Below, one piece after another: positions 63,648 through 64,000 of a DNA stretch of 64,000 nucleotides. The number at the start of each line of letters is the position of its first letter. The stretch's first letter is position 1. The stretch is from Chitinophagales bacterium. GTDB taxonomy: Bacteria > Bacteroidota > Bacteroidia > Chitinophagales > LD1. The DNA is taken from contig JBGAHI010000006.1 of NCBI GenBank assembly GCA_044226285.1, forward strand, positions 192,996 to 256,995, read 5' to 3'. A model generated the notes under the pieces. The model made no database searches and was not told the origin of the DNA. It worked only from the letters and a program-made list of their open reading frames with translations. A program made the translations under genes and the position numbers.

Positions 63648-63692
63648 TGTTCATTCATTAAGTAATTACTCCATTTTATCTGCTTTGCACAA

Positions 63693-64000
63693 ATGAAATT
63701 GGCAAAGAAAATAGTAGCTCCATTTTTCTTTAATAAACTCGATTGGCTCTTAGTAAAGAGTTTTATTGGACCGTTTATTCTTACTTTTTTCATTGCATTA
63801 TTTGTATTGGTCATGCAGTTTCTATGGAAGTATGTTGACGACCTCGTTGGAAAGGGGCTAAACACCTTTGTGCTGTTTGAATTAATATTTTATGCCTCTG
63901 CACGTTTGGTTCCATTGGCACTCCCTTTAGCAGTATTGCTTTCCTCCATCATGACCTTCGGTTCGTTGGGAGAACATTTCGAATTAACAGCTTTAAAAGC
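63693..64000 (+). CDS. LptF/LptG (YjgP/YjgQ) family permease, N-terminal fragment (3' end outside window)
   Basis: My own translation from the ATG at 63693 is MKLAKKIVAPFFFNKLDWLLVKSFIGPFILTFFIALFVLVMQFLWKYVDDLVGKGL.... The frame stays open to the window edge. This ORF is not in the supplied track. Confidence 0.7.
   Translation, partial: MKLAKKIVAPFFFNKLDWLLVKSFIGPFILTFFIALFVLVMQFLWKYVDDLVGKGLNTFVLFELIFYASARLVPLALPLAVLLSSIMTFGSLGEHFELTALK

Overview
The window is a 64 kb chromosomal segment, AT-rich and densely coding, that looks like a Bacteroidota genome (Flavobacteriia/Cytophagia-like). The evidence is two type IX secretion (T9SS) C-terminal sorting domains (one type A, one type B/gliding CHU_C), SprB-type repeats, LytTR and NarL-type two-component pairs, many lipoprotein signals, and a Bacteroidota-style DksA with a degenerate zinc finger. 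All family calls come from reading motifs in the supplied translations; no database search was run.

Content in order:
- 1-6.0 kb: a nucleotide-sugar/capsule block (ugd fragment, UDP-xylose synthase, WbpD-like acetyltransferase, WbpO/TviB-like dehydrogenase, rfbB, WbpP/TviC-like epimerase, CpsB/YwqE PHP tyrosine phosphatase).
- 6-14.7 kb: a fatty-acid-hydroxylase/AGMO-like membrane enzyme, gpsA, a secreted protein of unknown function, a Cys-rich lipoprotein + CDGSH pair, groES-groEL, and small membrane proteins (GtrA, DUF423, MarC).
- 14.7-20.4 kb: a DksA/TraR protein fused to a histone-H1-like Lys/Ala/Pro repeat domain, then a LytTR two-component pair divergent from a second fatty-acid-hydroxylase gene plus a secreted PHM/DBH-like copper monooxygenase with a T9SS tail.
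- 20.4-27.3 kb: VF530, phnA, a deoxyhypusine-synthase-like gene, rlmH, two lipocalin-like lipoproteins, floA and tRNA-Arg(ACG).
- 27.4-35.2 kb: a TonB-dependent receptor + HmuY-like pair and a second glycan cluster (flippase, methyltransferase, GT4, SDR-like).
- 35.2-46.4 kb: a repeat-laden intergenic region, a tightly overlapped four-gene signalling module (unknown 107-aa protein, orphan 7-TM protein, sensor-less HisKA_3 kinase, LuxR/NarL regulator), DUF4395, and a 2593-aa T9SS type-B adhesin with about 15 SprB repeats and a 300-aa glycine-rich insert.
- 46.4-64 kb: housekeeping genes (DUF853 ATPase, proline iminopeptidase-like, ychF, ECF sigma/anti-sigma, rdgB, fmt, DUF1343, LolE-like, nth, rocD, DjlA-like, lgt, GT2, LptF/G fragment).

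The most interesting items are:
1. The four-gene signalling module and its operator-like repeats (35.2-37.9 kb).
2. The Gly-rich, Cys-punctuated insert in the giant adhesin.
3. The histone-like/DksA fusion encoded by 48-bp tandem repeats.
4. The T9SS-exported PHM-like monooxygenase carrying a CxxCH motif.

I saw no CRISPR array, transposase, integrase or prophage genes.
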